Positions 1-11,239 of a stretch of DNA of 64,000 bases are shown in pieces (positions within the stretch are counted from its first letter, which is position 1; the number at the start of each line of letters is the position of its first letter). The stretch spans positions 352,001-416,000 of the forward strand of contig CAWBNQ010000003.1 in NCBI GenBank assembly GCA_963790205.1, in the 5' to 3' direction. Below the pieces are notes generated by a model, which made no database searches, was not told where the DNA came from, and was given only the letters and a program-made list of their open reading frames with translations. Source of the DNA: Nitrospirota bacterium. GTDB taxonomy: Bacteria; Nitrospirota; UBA9217. The translations under genes were made by a program, and so were the position numbers.

Positions 1-699
1 CGCAGGGTGCTCCATACCTGCGGCATGTCCGAGTCTGCCGTGAACCAGGCCATCCAGGACATTTTGAAGCGCGACGAGCCTGTCGTGGGCCTGACGGCCA
101 AGGAAACGGGAGTCGACATCCGCATTGTTGCGCACGAAGCAAACGCCGAACAAGTTCAGGCGCTCGTGAACAGAACCGATGCCGCTATCCGGAAAAAGCT
201 CGGCGACAGCGTCTATAGCGCGGACGGACAGGCCATGGAAGAGGTGGTAGGGGCCCTCTTGAAACAACGGCGGCTCAAGCTTGCCGTGGCCGAATCGTGC
301 ACCGGAGGATTGATCGGCGCGCGGATCACGAATATCGCCGGAAGTTCGGAGTACTTCGAGCGCGGCGTGGTGACCTATAGCAATGCGTCAAAGACGGAGA
401 TGCTCGGCGTGCCTGCGGAACTGATCGGGCGCCACGGCGCGGTGAGCAGTGAAGTTGCCGTTGCCATGGCGCAGGGGATCTTGCAGGCAGCGAAAACAGA
501 CCTCGGACTTTCGGTCACCGGCATAGCCGGACCGGACGGCGGGAGCGAGCAAAAGCCCGTGGGGCTCGTTTACACGGCGCTCGCGAGCAGCCAGGGAGCA
601 AAAACGGCCGAATACCGGTTCCTCGGCGACCGGGAGCAGATACGCGCGCGGGCCGCACAGATGGCGCTGGACATGGTGAGGCGGCACCTGATCGGATAG
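1..699 (+). CDS. cinA: CinA-family competence/damage-inducible protein with C-terminal NMN deamidase (PncC) domain; 5' end outside window
   Basis: AVAESCTGG, HGAVS, SVTGIAGPDGG..KPVGLV motifs; upstream of thpR-recA. Confidence 0.92.
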   Translation, partial: RRVLHTCGMSESAVNQAIQDILKRDEPVVGLTAKETGVDIRIVAHEANAEQVQALVNRTDAAIRKKLGDSVYSADGQAMEEVVGALLKQRRLKLAVAESCTGGLIGARITNIAGSSEYFERGVVTYSNASKTEMLGVPAELIGRHGAVSSEVAVAMAQGILQAAKTDLGLSVTGIAGPDGGSEQKPVGLVYTALASSQGAKTAEYRFLGDREQIRARAAQMALDMVRRHLIG

Positions 700-706
700 G
701 CAAGAT

Positions 707-787
707 GTCCGACGGACGAGAGACGAGGGACGCAAAATCGTCCATCGTCCCGGCGAACGCAGTGAGCGGTCGTCTCTCGTCAATCGT
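707..787. repeat. Heptamer-periodic inverted repeat (GACGAG/GGACG arms vs TCGTCC/TCGTCT arms)
   Basis: gacggacgagagacgagggacg ... tcgtccatcgtccc ... tcgtctctcgtcaatcgt in the cinA-thpR spacer. Confidence 0.7.
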
Positions 788-796
788 ATTTATTTT

Positions 797-1354
797 ATGA
801 GGACTTTCATCGCCATAGAGATCCCCGAGGAGATTAAAAAGCAGATGGCGGAGGCGCAGCGCCGGCTGAAAGGCGCCGGCGTGGACGCAAGCTGGACGCG
901 GTCCGAGGGCGTTCACCTGACGCTCAAGTTTCTCGGAGAAATTCCGGAATCGAAGGTCTCTGAAATCATGAGTGCGCTTACCGGCGCAGCAAGCGGCTCA
1001 GGCAGATTCCGGCTCGAAGTGGCAGGCGTAGGCGCCTTTCCGAACCCCGGAAACGCACGCGTGGTCTGGGTCGGGTTATCGGGTGATATTGAAAAACTGA
1101 CCGGGCTCCAGGCTGGTGTTGAAGATGCCATGGCCCGGCTCGGCATGAAGTGCGAGGAGCGGAAGTTCACGCCGCATCTCACGCTCGGACGCATCAAGTA
1201 CATCCGCTCGAAAGAAAGCTGGCTGGGCGCGCTGGAAGAGCTCAAGGACATCAAGTTTCCGGGGTTCGACGTGACGTCGGTGAGTCTGATGAAGAGCGAG
1301 CTCAGGCCGTCGGGCGCGGCGTATACGGAGATGGGCAGGGTGGAACTAAGATGA
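797..1354 (+). CDS. thpR: RNA 2',3'-cyclic phosphodiesterase (2H family, LigT/ThpR)
   Basis: MRTFIAI start, two HxT motifs (HLTLKFLG, PHLTLGR). Confidence 0.93.
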   Translation: MRTFIAIEIPEEIKKQMAEAQRRLKGAGVDASWTRSEGVHLTLKFLGEIPESKVSEIMSALTGAASGSGRFRLEVAGVGAFPNPGNARVVWVGLSGDIEKLTGLQAGVEDAMARLGMKCEERKFTPHLTLGRIKYIRSKESWLGALEELKDIKFPGFDVTSVSLMKSELRPSGAAYTEMGRVELR

Positions 1355-1426
1355 GTACAGAGTACAAACGTATTATATTGTGCATATGCTATTGACGAGC
1401 CGCGCTGCGGCGAAAGGAGATACATC

Positions 1427-2536
<1,110 letters not shown>

Positions 2537-3775
2537 ATGAACCTGAATGATCTGCTCAAATTAACATTTGAAAGACGCGCGTCCGATCTGCACGTCAAGG
2601 TGGGGGTGCCGCCGATCCTGAGGATCGATGGCAAGCTCATGCCGCTCGAGACCGAGAAGCGGCTGACCCAGGAAGATGCGATCGCAATCGCTTTCGGCAT
2701 CATGAACCCTATGCAGAAGGCGAAATTTAACGAGAAGAACGAGCTCGACATGGCCTACGCCGTCCCGGGCCTCGGACGTTTCCGCGTGAACGTGTTCAAA
2801 CAGCGCGGGAGCGTGGGCATGGTATTTCGGCTGGTCCCGGCCAAGATATTGAACTTCGACGAGCTCACGCTCCCCACCGTGCTCTCGAAGATCGCATCGG
2901 AGCAGCGCGGACTGATCCTGGTAACGGGCACGACCGGAAGCGGCAAATCAACGACCCTTGCCGCGATGATCGATTACATCAATACCTCGCGGACGGCGAA
3001 CATCGTTACGATCGAAGACCCCATCGAATTCCTGCATAGAGATAAAAAGAGCATCGTGAACCAGCGCGAGATCGGCAGCGACACGTTTTCGTTCAGCGAC
3101 GCGCTCCGCAGCGCGCTCCGTCAGGACCCCGACGTGATCCTCGTGGGTGAAATGAGGGACTTTGAGACCATCTCTACGGCGCTGACCGCGGCGGAGACCG
3201 GCCACCTTGTGCTCTCCACTCTCCATACGCTCGATGCGGCGGAAACGATCAACCGTATCATTACGGTCTTCCCTCCCTATCAGCAAAAGCAGGTCAGGAT
3301 GCAGCTTGCCTCGGTCGTCAAGGGAATCATGTCGCAGCGGCTCGTCTCCAGGGCGGACGGCAAAGGACGCGTGGCTGCGGTGGAAGTGATGCTCGGGACG
3401 CTTTCGGTGCGGGAAGCCATTATCGATGAGAACAAGACCCGCCAGATACCGTCGATCATTGCGTCCGGTATTACCCATTACGGCATGCAGACCTTCGACC
3501 AGTCGCTCCTCATGCTCTACAAAAAAGGGCTGATCACCTATGAAGAGGCGATCACGACGGCGAGCAATCCCGACGACTTCGCGCTGAAGGTCAAGGGCAT
3601 CCAGTCGACAAGCGATGTCGCGCTGGAAGACGAAGAGCGGCGGAAGGCAGGCTCGCAGAAGTTTGGAACAACGAAGCCGGGAGGTTTTTCTCCTCAAAAG
3701 CCGGGAGAGGCGAAGGAGTACAAGGCGCCTTCACAGGACACTGACTTCAAGATCGACCGGTTCGGGGACAAGTGA
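2537..3775 (+). CDS. pilT: Type IV pilus retraction ATPase, PilT/PilU family
   Basis: ASDLH, VTGTTGSGKSTT, TIEDPIEF, ALRQDPDVILVGEMRD, AETGHLVLSTLH, GMQTFDQ. Confidence 0.93.
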   Translation: MNLNDLLKLTFERRASDLHVKVGVPPILRIDGKLMPLETEKRLTQEDAIAIAFGIMNPMQKAKFNEKNELDMAYAVPGLGRFRVNVFKQRGSVGMVFRLVPAKILNFDELTLPTVLSKIASEQRGLILVTGTTGSGKSTTLAAMIDYINTSRTANIVTIEDPIEFLHRDKKSIVNQREIGSDTFSFSDALRSALRQDPDVILVGEMRDFETISTALTAAETGHLVLSTLHTLDAAETINRIITVFPPYQQKQVRMQLASVVKGIMSQRLVSRADGKGRVAAVEVMLGTLSVREAIIDENKTRQIPSIIASGITHYGMQTFDQSLLMLYKKGLITYEEAITTASNPDDFALKVKGIQSTSDVALEDEERRKAGSQKFGTTKPGGFSPQKPGEAKEYKAPSQDTDFKIDRFGDK

Positions 3776-3863
3776 GCCAGTGCGGAATGCGGAGTGCGCC
3801 CTGCACTCGCGCTGCGCACACCCTGTATTCGCGGCAAGCACTCAAGGCACCGGGTGCGGGCTC

Positions 3864-4367
3864 GTGAACGCCGGGGGTGAACGGAATTCGGAATTGGAAG
3901 AAAAAGAACTGACGAGAGCAAAGAATGCCGCCTACCGTCTGCTCACCTACCGGCCGCGAAGCCGGGTCGAGCTTGAGGCTAAGCTTCGCGACAGGGAGTT
4001 TTCCGAAACGGCGGTCCAGGAAGTTATTGACAGCCTCGTGCTGCTCGGGTATGTGAATGACCTCCGGTTTGCCGCACAGTGGTCAGCCGGAAGGGTCAGG
4101 CTCAGCGGGTACGGCAGGCGCAGGATCGAGCAGGAACTCAGGAATAAAGGTGTCGCCGGCGATGTCATCAAAGAGGCGCTTGCTGGCATCTTCCTCGATA
4201 ACATTGAGATGGACACTGCGAAACAGGTGGCTGAGAAGAAGCTCAATACCATGAAGTCGGTTGACCGGGAAACCCGGCGTAGACGCCTTGCCGGTTTCCT
4301 GGAGCGAAAAGGCTTCTCCTACGATATCATCCGAACTGTGCTTAACACGGTAAGGGAGGGTGTATAA
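3864..4367 (+). CDS. recX: Regulatory protein RecX (start codon uncertain, 3780-3894)
   Basis: AYRLLTYRPRSRVEL..KL, GYVNDLRFA, GRRRIEQEL..KGV, FLERKGFSY; position between recA and alaS. Confidence 0.88.
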   Translation: MNAGGERNSELEEKELTRAKNAAYRLLTYRPRSRVELEAKLRDREFSETAVQEVIDSLVLLGYVNDLRFAAQWSAGRVRLSGYGRRRIEQELRNKGVAGDVIKEALAGIFLDNIEMDTAKQVAEKKLNTMKSVDRETRRRRLAGFLERKGFSYDIIRTVLNTVREGV

Positions 4368-4589
4368 GGAGCGGCGCCAGCATATCAGGCTTACCAAGAC
4401 GATCAAGCGCATTGAGGTGTTTATGATGTCTGACAATGAGATTGCACGCAGGTGTCAGCCCGGTGACTTGACTCTGACCGCACAACGGAAAAATCCTCTG
4501 AATAATTCGTGGCCAGATTGGTCCTTATGGGCTTGTACGATTTGTGGCAAATTAAAAGAAAATCAGGCTCATTTGCAGGAGGACCCTGA

Positions 4590-4712
4590 ATGGCAAGTCT
4601 CTCTCCATGGGCAAATGCAACGGAAGAGTACGTTAAATTAATTTACAGTTTAGATGCAAAGCAAACAAGAGGACTAATTGAACAAAGCCGGAATACGAGA
4701 CTGGGTAGTTAG
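4590..4712 (+). CDS. Possible 40-aa small protein (MASLSPWANATEEYVKLIYSLDAKQTRGLIEQSRNTRLGS)
   Basis: GGAGG Shine-Dalgarno 7 nt before ATG 4590 in an AT-richer spacer; no recognisable domain. Confidence 0.3.
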   Translation: MASLSPWANATEEYVKLIYSLDAKQTRGLIEQSRNTRLGS

Positions 4713-4847
4713 TTTGGACAAGTGACGACTCTGGTGTTTTTTCTGACCGCTTACCTTGATAGGTAATGGCCTGTTGAAATTTTCCCTTGTTTCTGCTATT
4801 TTCCTACATTGCTACCTCGATATCCCCAGTATAGTAAGGAGTCTGCT

Positions 4848-7487
4848 TTGAAAGCGAACGATTTACGAAAAATGTTTCTCGACTATTTTGCAGCGCGGGG
4901 GCACAAGATCGTGCCGAGCTCGTCGCTCGTCCCGAAGAATGACCCGACGCTTCTCTTTACGAACGCCGGCATGGTCCAGTTCAAGGGTGTGTTCTTGGGC
5001 GAGGACGTTCGGGACTACAAGCGGGCCGTCACGTCGCAGAAGTGCGTGCGCGCCGGCGGCAAGCACAATGACCTCGAAAACGTGGGCCACACGGCCCGGC
5101 ACCACACCTTTTTCGAGATGCTCGGGAACTTCTCTTTTGGCGACTATTTTAAAAGGGACGCCATTGCCTTCGCCTGGGAATTTTTGACCGAGACCGTGAA
5201 GCTCCCGAAGGAGAAGCTCTGGGTCACGGTCTACAAGGACGACGACGAGGCCTTCGAGCTCTGGCAGAAGGTTGCCGGTGTCAAACCCGACCGAATTGTC
5301 CGGCTGGGCGAGAAGGACAACTTCTGGTCCATGGGAGACACGGGCCCCTGCGGGCCCTGCTCCGAGATCATCATCGACCAGGGCGAGGAGATTTCCTGCG
5401 GCAAACCGGGCTGCTCCGTTGGCTGCGACTGCGACCGGTACCTTGAGATCTGGAACCTGGTGTTCATGCAGTACAACCGCGACGAGACGGGCAAGCTCAC
5501 GCCGCTTCCGAAGCCCAGCATCGATACGGGCATGGGGCTGGAGCGTCTCTCGTCGGTCGTGCAAAAGGTGAGGACCAACTTCGAGACCGACCTCTTTCAG
5601 GCTATCATCAAGGAGATTGCGGCCGGGGCGGGCGTGGCATACCACAGGGACCAGCAGACCGACATCTCCTACCAGGTCTGCGCGGACCATCTCCGGGCCA
5701 TGACCTTCCTGATCTCCGACGGGGTTTTGCCGTCGAACGAGGGCAGGGGGTATGTTCTCCGGAGGATCATTCGCAGGGCAAGCCGCTACGGCAGGCTTAT
5801 CGGCATTACGAAACCCTTCCTGTACAAGCTCACGGGTGTGGTGGTAGATGTAATGCGCGAAGCCTATCCCGAGTTGGTTGACTCGCGCGAGCACGTGGCA
5901 AAAGTGGTGTTGATCGAAGAAGAGCGGTTTGTCGTCACCCTCGACTCCGGCCTTACCCTGTTAAATGAGACGGTTGCAAAGCTCAAAGCGGAAAAGAAGA
6001 ACAGTATCCCCGGCGTCGTGCTGTTCAAGCTCTATGATACGTTTGGATTTCCGCTTGATCTCGTGGCGGACATGGCGCGGGACCTGCACCTGGAGATCGA
6101 CGAGGAAGGTTACCGCAAGGCCATGCAGGAGCAGCGTGAGAAGGCGCGAGCGGCCTGGGCCGGTTCCGGTGAAGAGAAGATCAAACCGGTTTACAAGGAG
6201 ATCGCTGCAAGCGTCAAAAAGACGGTTTTCACCGGATACGAGACGCTCGAAGGCCCCGCGGAGATCGTCGCTATCATCAAAGGCGACAAACGGGTGGTGG
6301 AAGTGCACGAAGGCGAGGATGCGGAGGTCATTCTCGACCAGACGACCTTTTATGCCGAGTCCGGAGGCCAGGTCGGCGACAGGGGAGAACTCCTGGGCGA
6401 GGCGGCCAAGTTCGCAGTGAGCGATACGATCAAGCCCGTGGAAGGGATCTTCGTCCACAAAGGGAAGATGAAGAAGGGTGGCTTCAAGGTTGGCGATGCG
6501 GTGCTGGCAAAAGTCGAGGCAGAAGACCGGACGGACACCATGCGTCACCACACCGTGACCCATATCCTGCATGCCACGCTTCGCTCGGTACTGGGCGAAC
6601 ACGTGAAGCAGGCGGGCTCGCTGGTCGCGCCCGACCGGCTGCGCTTTGATTTTACGCACTTCACGGCCCTCTCGGAGCGGGAGAAGAAACGCGTCGAGGA
6701 ACTGGTCAATGACCGGATCATCGAGAACCATCCAGTCGAAACCATGGTGATGGACATCGATCAGGCCATCGCGACGGGGGCCATGGCTTTGTTTGATGAA
6801 AAGTACGGGGACACGGTGCGCGTGGTATCGGTCAAGGATGTGAGTAAGGAGCTCTGCGGCGGCACGCACACGCATGCGAGCGGAGACATCGGCGTATTCA
6901 AGATCCTTTCCGAAGTCGGCATCGCCGCCGGTATACGCAGGATCGAGGCGGTGGCCGGCCGGCACGCATACCGGGCATTTAAGCGCGAGGAACAGAGCCT
7001 TCGGGACATTGCGCAGCTGCTCAAGACAGCGGACCTCGACGTGGCCCCGCGCGTGGAGAAGTTGGTGGCCCAGGTCAGGGGGCTGGAAAAGGAGATTGAT
7101 CAGTTCAAGCATAAACTCCAGTCGTCACAGGCCGGCGACGTTGTCGCTGATGCGCAGACGATCAACGGCATCAAAGTCCTCGTCAAGCGCGCGGATGGCT
7201 TGGACCCCAAGGACTTGCGGGACTTCGGTGACAAGCTGAGGGACAAGCTCGGCTCGGGGATCCTGGCGCTTGGCTCGGCCAAGGACGGCAAAGTGACCCT
7301 GATTGTCATGGTTTCGAAGGACCTTACCGGCCGGTTTCATGCGGGTCATATCATCAAGGACATGGCGGTCATTCTCGGCGGCACCGGCGGAGGCAAGCCG
7401 GACCTTGCCCAGTCCGGGGGAAAAGACCCGGGGAAGCTGGACGAGGCGCTCGAAGCGCTGTATACTATAATCATGAAGAAAGATTGA
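4848..7487 (+). CDS. alaS: Alanine--tRNA ligase
   Basis: DPTLLFTNAGM, RHHTFFEMLGNFSFGDYFK, HxxxH editing motif, ELCGGTH, GGGKPDLAQ; TTG start after AAGGAG. Confidence 0.98.
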   Translation: MKANDLRKMFLDYFAARGHKIVPSSSLVPKNDPTLLFTNAGMVQFKGVFLGEDVRDYKRAVTSQKCVRAGGKHNDLENVGHTARHHTFFEMLGNFSFGDYFKRDAIAFAWEFLTETVKLPKEKLWVTVYKDDDEAFELWQKVAGVKPDRIVRLGEKDNFWSMGDTGPCGPCSEIIIDQGEEISCGKPGCSVGCDCDRYLEIWNLVFMQYNRDETGKLTPLPKPSIDTGMGLERLSSVVQKVRTNFETDLFQAIIKEIAAGAGVAYHRDQQTDISYQVCADHLRAMTFLISDGVLPSNEGRGYVLRRIIRRASRYGRLIGITKPFLYKLTGVVVDVMREAYPELVDSREHVAKVVLIEEERFVVTLDSGLTLLNETVAKLKAEKKNSIPGVVLFKLYDTFGFPLDLVADMARDLHLEIDEEGYRKAMQEQREKARAAWAGSGEEKIKPVYKEIAASVKKTVFTGYETLEGPAEIVAIIKGDKRVVEVHEGEDAEVILDQTTFYAESGGQVGDRGELLGEAAKFAVSDTIKPVEGIFVHKGKMKKGGFKVGDAVLAKVEAEDRTDTMRHHTVTHILHATLRSVLGEHVKQAGSLVAPDRLRFDFTHFTALSEREKKRVEELVNDRIIENHPVETMVMDIDQAIATGAMALFDEKYGDTVRVVSVKDVSKELCGGTHTHASGDIGVFKILSEVGIAAGIRRIEAVAGRHAYRAFKREEQSLRDIAQLLKTADLDVAPRVEKLVAQVRGLEKEIDQFKHKLQSSQAGDVVADAQTINGIKVLVKRADGLDPKDLRDFGDKLRDKLGSGILALGSAKDGKVTLIVMVSKDLTGRFHAGHIIKDMAVILGGTGGGKPDLAQSGGKDPGKLDEALEALYTIIMKKD

Positions 7488-7663
7488 GCCGGGTGGGATG
7501 GGGTTTGGACGACAAAACAGGGAGCCCGGTCGGATAAAAAAATATTTATTTCAAGAACCCGGAGCCTCAAACAGCTTTTTCCCTTATGAATTGTGCTAGA
7601 CTTGTAATCGTAAGACCCTAGGTACGCAGAGGATAGCAGAAAACCACTTGCAAGGAGGGTACC

Positions 7664-7984
7664 ATGACGGTTGCGGAGATTATCAAGAAGGCAATGCTGG
7701 CAGGTCTGGGTGCGCAGGAAAAGGCGAAGGAATTTGTCGACGAACTGGTCAAGGCCGGTGAGCTTTCCAAGAGCGATGCCTCGTCGCTCGTAAAAGAATG
7801 GGTTTCCAAGGCAGAGGAAAGCCGCAAGGACCTGGACACCAAGATCAAGGACGCGATGGCGGCCGCGATGGAGAAGCTCAACATCCCGAGCCGAGACGAC
7901 ATCGAAAAGATGGAAAAGAAGCTCCAGAATATCTCCGCGAGGCTTACGAAAATTGAAGGCGGTGATGGGAAAGGCGGGGCTTAG
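7664..7984 (+). CDS. Phasin-like / PHA granule-associated family protein
   Basis: KKAMLAGLGA..KAKEFVDELVKAGEL..LNIPSRDDI pattern; usual partner of an ABC1 kinase. Confidence 0.75.
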   Translation: MTVAEIIKKAMLAGLGAQEKAKEFVDELVKAGELSKSDASSLVKEWVSKAEESRKDLDTKIKDAMAAAMEKLNIPSRDDIEKMEKKLQNISARLTKIEGGDGKGGA

Positions 7985-8004
7985 CGCACCGCCCCGGAGC
8001 GCCC

Positions 8005-9711
8005 ATGTCTGTGCTGGGTTTCTGGAGAAGACACTACCGGGACATCCCGAGGATCCGGCAGATCATTGGCGTGATGTCCCGGCACGGGTTCGGACAACTG
8101 GTCGAGCAGCTCGGCATGCAACGCTTCATCTCGTTCGGCCGGCGTGTGCTCACCTTCAAGCAGCAGCCTCTTCCCGGACATCGGCTGAATGCGCCGGAGC
8201 GGCTGCGGATGGCGTTCGAGGAACTGGGTCCTTCCTTCATCAAGTTGGGGCAGGTCTTGGCTTGCAGGCCGGACATGCTCCCCATCGAATACGCGCAAGA
8301 ACTCTGTAAGCTCACCGATTCCGTTTCTCCCTATCCCTTTGAACAGGCGAAAGAGATCATCGAACAGGACCTCGGGGCTCCGCTCGATGCGCTGTTCGCC
8401 GAGTTCGATCCCGCGCCGGTTGCCGCTGCGTCGATCGCCCAGGTCCATCAGGCCGTACTGCCCGACGGCACCGAAGTCATGGTAAAGGTCCAGCGACCCA
8501 ACATCGAACGGGTCATCGCGCGTGACATCAGCATCCTCCGGGGGCTCGCCGAGCTTATCGAGGCCCACGTGCCCGAGATGGCCCCCTACAATGTCCAGGG
8601 GGTCGTCGAGGAGTTCGCGCGGACGATCAACCGGGAGTTGGATTTCTTCATGGAGGCCTCGAACGCGGCCCAACTCAGAAAAAACTTCGAGAAGAGCGGC
8701 GTGCTCCATATCCCCGCTGTCTTTTCCAACGTCTCAAGCAAGCGCGTACTGGTCCTGGAGAAACTTGAAGGCGTGCGCATCGACGATTTTGAGGCGCTGG
8801 AACGCAAAGGTTTCGACCGCCACGAGCTGGCGAGAAAGGGCGCTGCCGCATTTTTCCAGATGGTTTTTCAGGACGGGTTTTTCCACGCCGACCCCCATCC
8901 CGGCAACATCTTTGTTCTCGAGGACGGCAGGCTTGCCCTGGTGGACTTCGGCATTGTGGGCAGGGTGACCGAGGAGAACATCGAGTATTTCGCCAAATCC
9001 TTTCTGGCCTTGGTAAACCACGATTACGACTCCCTGGTCCAACAGTATATGAGTTTGGGATTCGTGGCTGAAGAGGTTGTGGACCTCGAGCGGTTCCAGC
9101 GGGAACTCAAGGAAGACTTCAGCGAACTGCTCGAACCCTACTACGGCATGAAGGTCAAGCAGATCGACTTCGGCGCCTACGTGGAACGGGTGACCCAGAT
9201 CCTTCTGCGGCACCGCCTGCGGCTTCCCCAGAACCTCTATCTTATCGATAAAGCGCTTATCACCCTGGAAGGCATCCTGAAGCAGCTCGACCCCGAGTTC
9301 GATTACCTCGAGGCAGCGCAGCCTTACGTGGCCGACCTTATCCGCAGGCGCCGCAATCCTCTGCAGGCCTACCGCAAACTGCAAAAAAACATGGGGGAAT
9401 TTTCCGATACGATCTCCAGTCTTCCGCGCCAGGTGCGGAACGTGGTCCGGAAGGTCCTGCGGAACGATATCCGCGTAAACATACACCATGAGGAACTGGG
9501 CCATTTCATACGGGACCTGGACAAATCCAGTAACCGGCTGGCTTTCAGTATCATTACCGCTGCCATCATCGTGGCATCGTCCATCATCATCCACTCGGGC
9601 CTGGGCCGCACAATCTTCGGCCTCCCCGTCTTCGGCCTCATCGGCTACGTCATCGCCGGATTTTTCGGCCTTTGGATCCTCATTGGTATCCTGCGGTCGG
9701 GACAGTTATAG
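8005..9711 (+). CDS. ABC1/AarF/UbiB family kinase
   Basis: ELGPSFIKLGQ, AAASIAQVH, VKVQRP, FFHADPHPGN, DFG; two C-terminal TM helices. Confidence 0.93.
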   Translation: MSVLGFWRRHYRDIPRIRQIIGVMSRHGFGQLVEQLGMQRFISFGRRVLTFKQQPLPGHRLNAPERLRMAFEELGPSFIKLGQVLACRPDMLPIEYAQELCKLTDSVSPYPFEQAKEIIEQDLGAPLDALFAEFDPAPVAAASIAQVHQAVLPDGTEVMVKVQRPNIERVIARDISILRGLAELIEAHVPEMAPYNVQGVVEEFARTINRELDFFMEASNAAQLRKNFEKSGVLHIPAVFSNVSSKRVLVLEKLEGVRIDDFEALERKGFDRHELARKGAAAFFQMVFQDGFFHADPHPGNIFVLEDGRLALVDFGIVGRVTEENIEYFAKSFLALVNHDYDSLVQQYMSLGFVAEEVVDLERFQRELKEDFSELLEPYYGMKVKQIDFGAYVERVTQILLRHRLRLPQNLYLIDKALITLEGILKQLDPEFDYLEAAQPYVADLIRRRRNPLQAYRKLQKNMGEFSDTISSLPRQVRNVVRKVLRNDIRVNIHHEELGHFIRDLDKSSNRLAFSIITAAIIVASSIIIHSGLGRTIFGLPVFGLIGYVIAGFFGLWILIGILRSGQL

Positions 9712-9830
9712 CCGGTATCGAAATAAGCTGTTTCAAAATTCATTTTCTTGCGATATAATGTGTCAATACCGCGCTTGTGCAGCAGGGCGGGCTGGCGGGT
9801 CATTGACAGTTAAGGACAGGGAAGAGGGCA

Positions 9831-10928
9831 TTGAAAAAGAGTTTAAAATCTCAACATGCGTCCTGGTACGCTGCAGGAAAATGGGTCAAGAGGAATCCGT
9901 GGTTGTCCTTTCTGGTCGCCACCGCGACACTCACCATTGTGATACACTTTTATATCGCTCTGTTTGTTCCCCCGACGAAAGAGAAGGAATGGAAGGAAGT
10001 GCAGGTCACGGAAGGCATGAGCTTCAAGGCCATCGCAGGCACGCTCAGAAAGGAAGGCCTGATCCGGTACCGGGGCTACTTCGAGATCATCGGCAGGCTC
10101 CAGGGCATCAGCCGCAAGGTGCGTGTGGGCTATTATGGATTAAACACCAACATGAGCATGTGGGAGGTGCTCGAAGTCCTGCGCAAGGGCAGGATTATAG
10201 AGTATGAAGTGGTGGTCCCCGAAGGGTACAGCCTCTATCAGATCGGATGGACGCTTTCCAAAACACCGCTCATCTCCGATCCGGAGCAGTTCATCAAGCT
10301 CGTGAAGGACAAGAACTTTGTCCATTCCCTTGGTATCGATGCCGACACGCTCGAAGGCTATCTGTTCCCGGACACGTATTACTTGCCCAAGGGCATCAAA
10401 CTCGAAGATATCCCGAAGAAGATGGTCCTGCGCTACAAGGCGGTGTTCGACGACAGCTACCGCGCCCGCGCGCGGGAGCTCGGTTTCACCGAGCAGCAAA
10501 TCATCACCCTGGCCTCGATCATTGAGAAAGAGGCTAAAGTTTCGTCGGAACGCAAGCTTATCTCGGCGGTGTACCACAACCGCCTCAAGAAGGGGATGAG
10601 GCTCCAGGCAGATCCGACCGCGGTCTACGGCACGAAGGCGTGGATCACCAGGGTGACGGCCAAGGACCTCAGGCGGAAATCTCCCTACAATACATATCTT
10701 CACAAGGGTCTGCCTCCCGGCCCGATCGCAAACCCCGGTCAGGGCGCAATCCTCGCCGCGCTCTATCCCGAGCCCGTGGACTATCTCTTCTTCGTGGCCC
10801 AGGGTGACGGCAGCCACTATTTCTCGAATGATTATAATTCGCATGAGAAAGCTGTGGTGAGGTACCGGTCAGCCAAAAAGAATGCGAAGAGGCAGGCGAT
10901 GGTAAAGGCCCAGGCGAAGCAGCAGTGA
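9831..10928 (+). CDS. mltG: Endolytic transglycosylase MltG
   Basis: N-terminal TM, LEGYLFPDTY, LASIIEKE, LQADPT, SPYNTY..GLPPGPIANPG. Confidence 0.96.
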   Translation: MKKSLKSQHASWYAAGKWVKRNPWLSFLVATATLTIVIHFYIALFVPPTKEKEWKEVQVTEGMSFKAIAGTLRKEGLIRYRGYFEIIGRLQGISRKVRVGYYGLNTNMSMWEVLEVLRKGRIIEYEVVVPEGYSLYQIGWTLSKTPLISDPEQFIKLVKDKNFVHSLGIDADTLEGYLFPDTYYLPKGIKLEDIPKKMVLRYKAVFDDSYRARARELGFTEQQIITLASIIEKEAKVSSERKLISAVYHNRLKKGMRLQADPTAVYGTKAWITRVTAKDLRRKSPYNTYLHKGLPPGPIANPGQGAILAALYPEPVDYLFFVAQGDGSHYFSNDYNSHEKAVVRYRSAKKNAKRQAMVKAQAKQQ

Positions 10929-10963
10929 AGTAAAGGGTTCCTGCCACGGGATATCGCACCCTG

Positions 10964-11066
10964 TGCATTCTGGAGTGAGCGCGTTCCCCGCAGCTTGGTG
11001 CGGGGTCTTGCCCCCGCGTTTTTCGTAGCCTGCTTGCCAAAGCGCGGCCACAGGCAAGAGCAGGGG
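10964..11066. repeat. Composite REP-like palindromic element; 25-nt segment shared with 34732-34756
   Basis: CCCCGCAGCTTGGTGCGGGG hairpin plus CCTGCTTGCC..GGCAAGAGCAGG; reverse complement of 10967-10991 matches 34732-34756 at 24/25. Confidence 0.7.
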
Positions 11067-11239
11067 TTGGCGAGTGAGTATGATTCTGTTCGTACTTTGA
11101 GAATCGAGATCTCCTGCAGATGCTTATACGAACCTTTCATTTGCTGCAGGGAGCCTCAATTACACGCGGTATTTCCCGGGACCGTTAAAGGACATGCGGC
11201 TGTGGAGAGAGTTGGAGAGAGAGGGCCGGGAATACTTCC

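Noticed and set aside
1353..1368. GTAC repeat before recA as possible LexA box
   Set aside because: Spacing does not fit the LexA consensus sequences I know; it is explained as a GAGTACA heptamer duplication
7664..9711. Phasin-like + ABC1 kinase as a PHA or ubiquinone locus
   Set aside because: No phaC or other ubi genes nearby; the pair is a common arrangement of uncertain function
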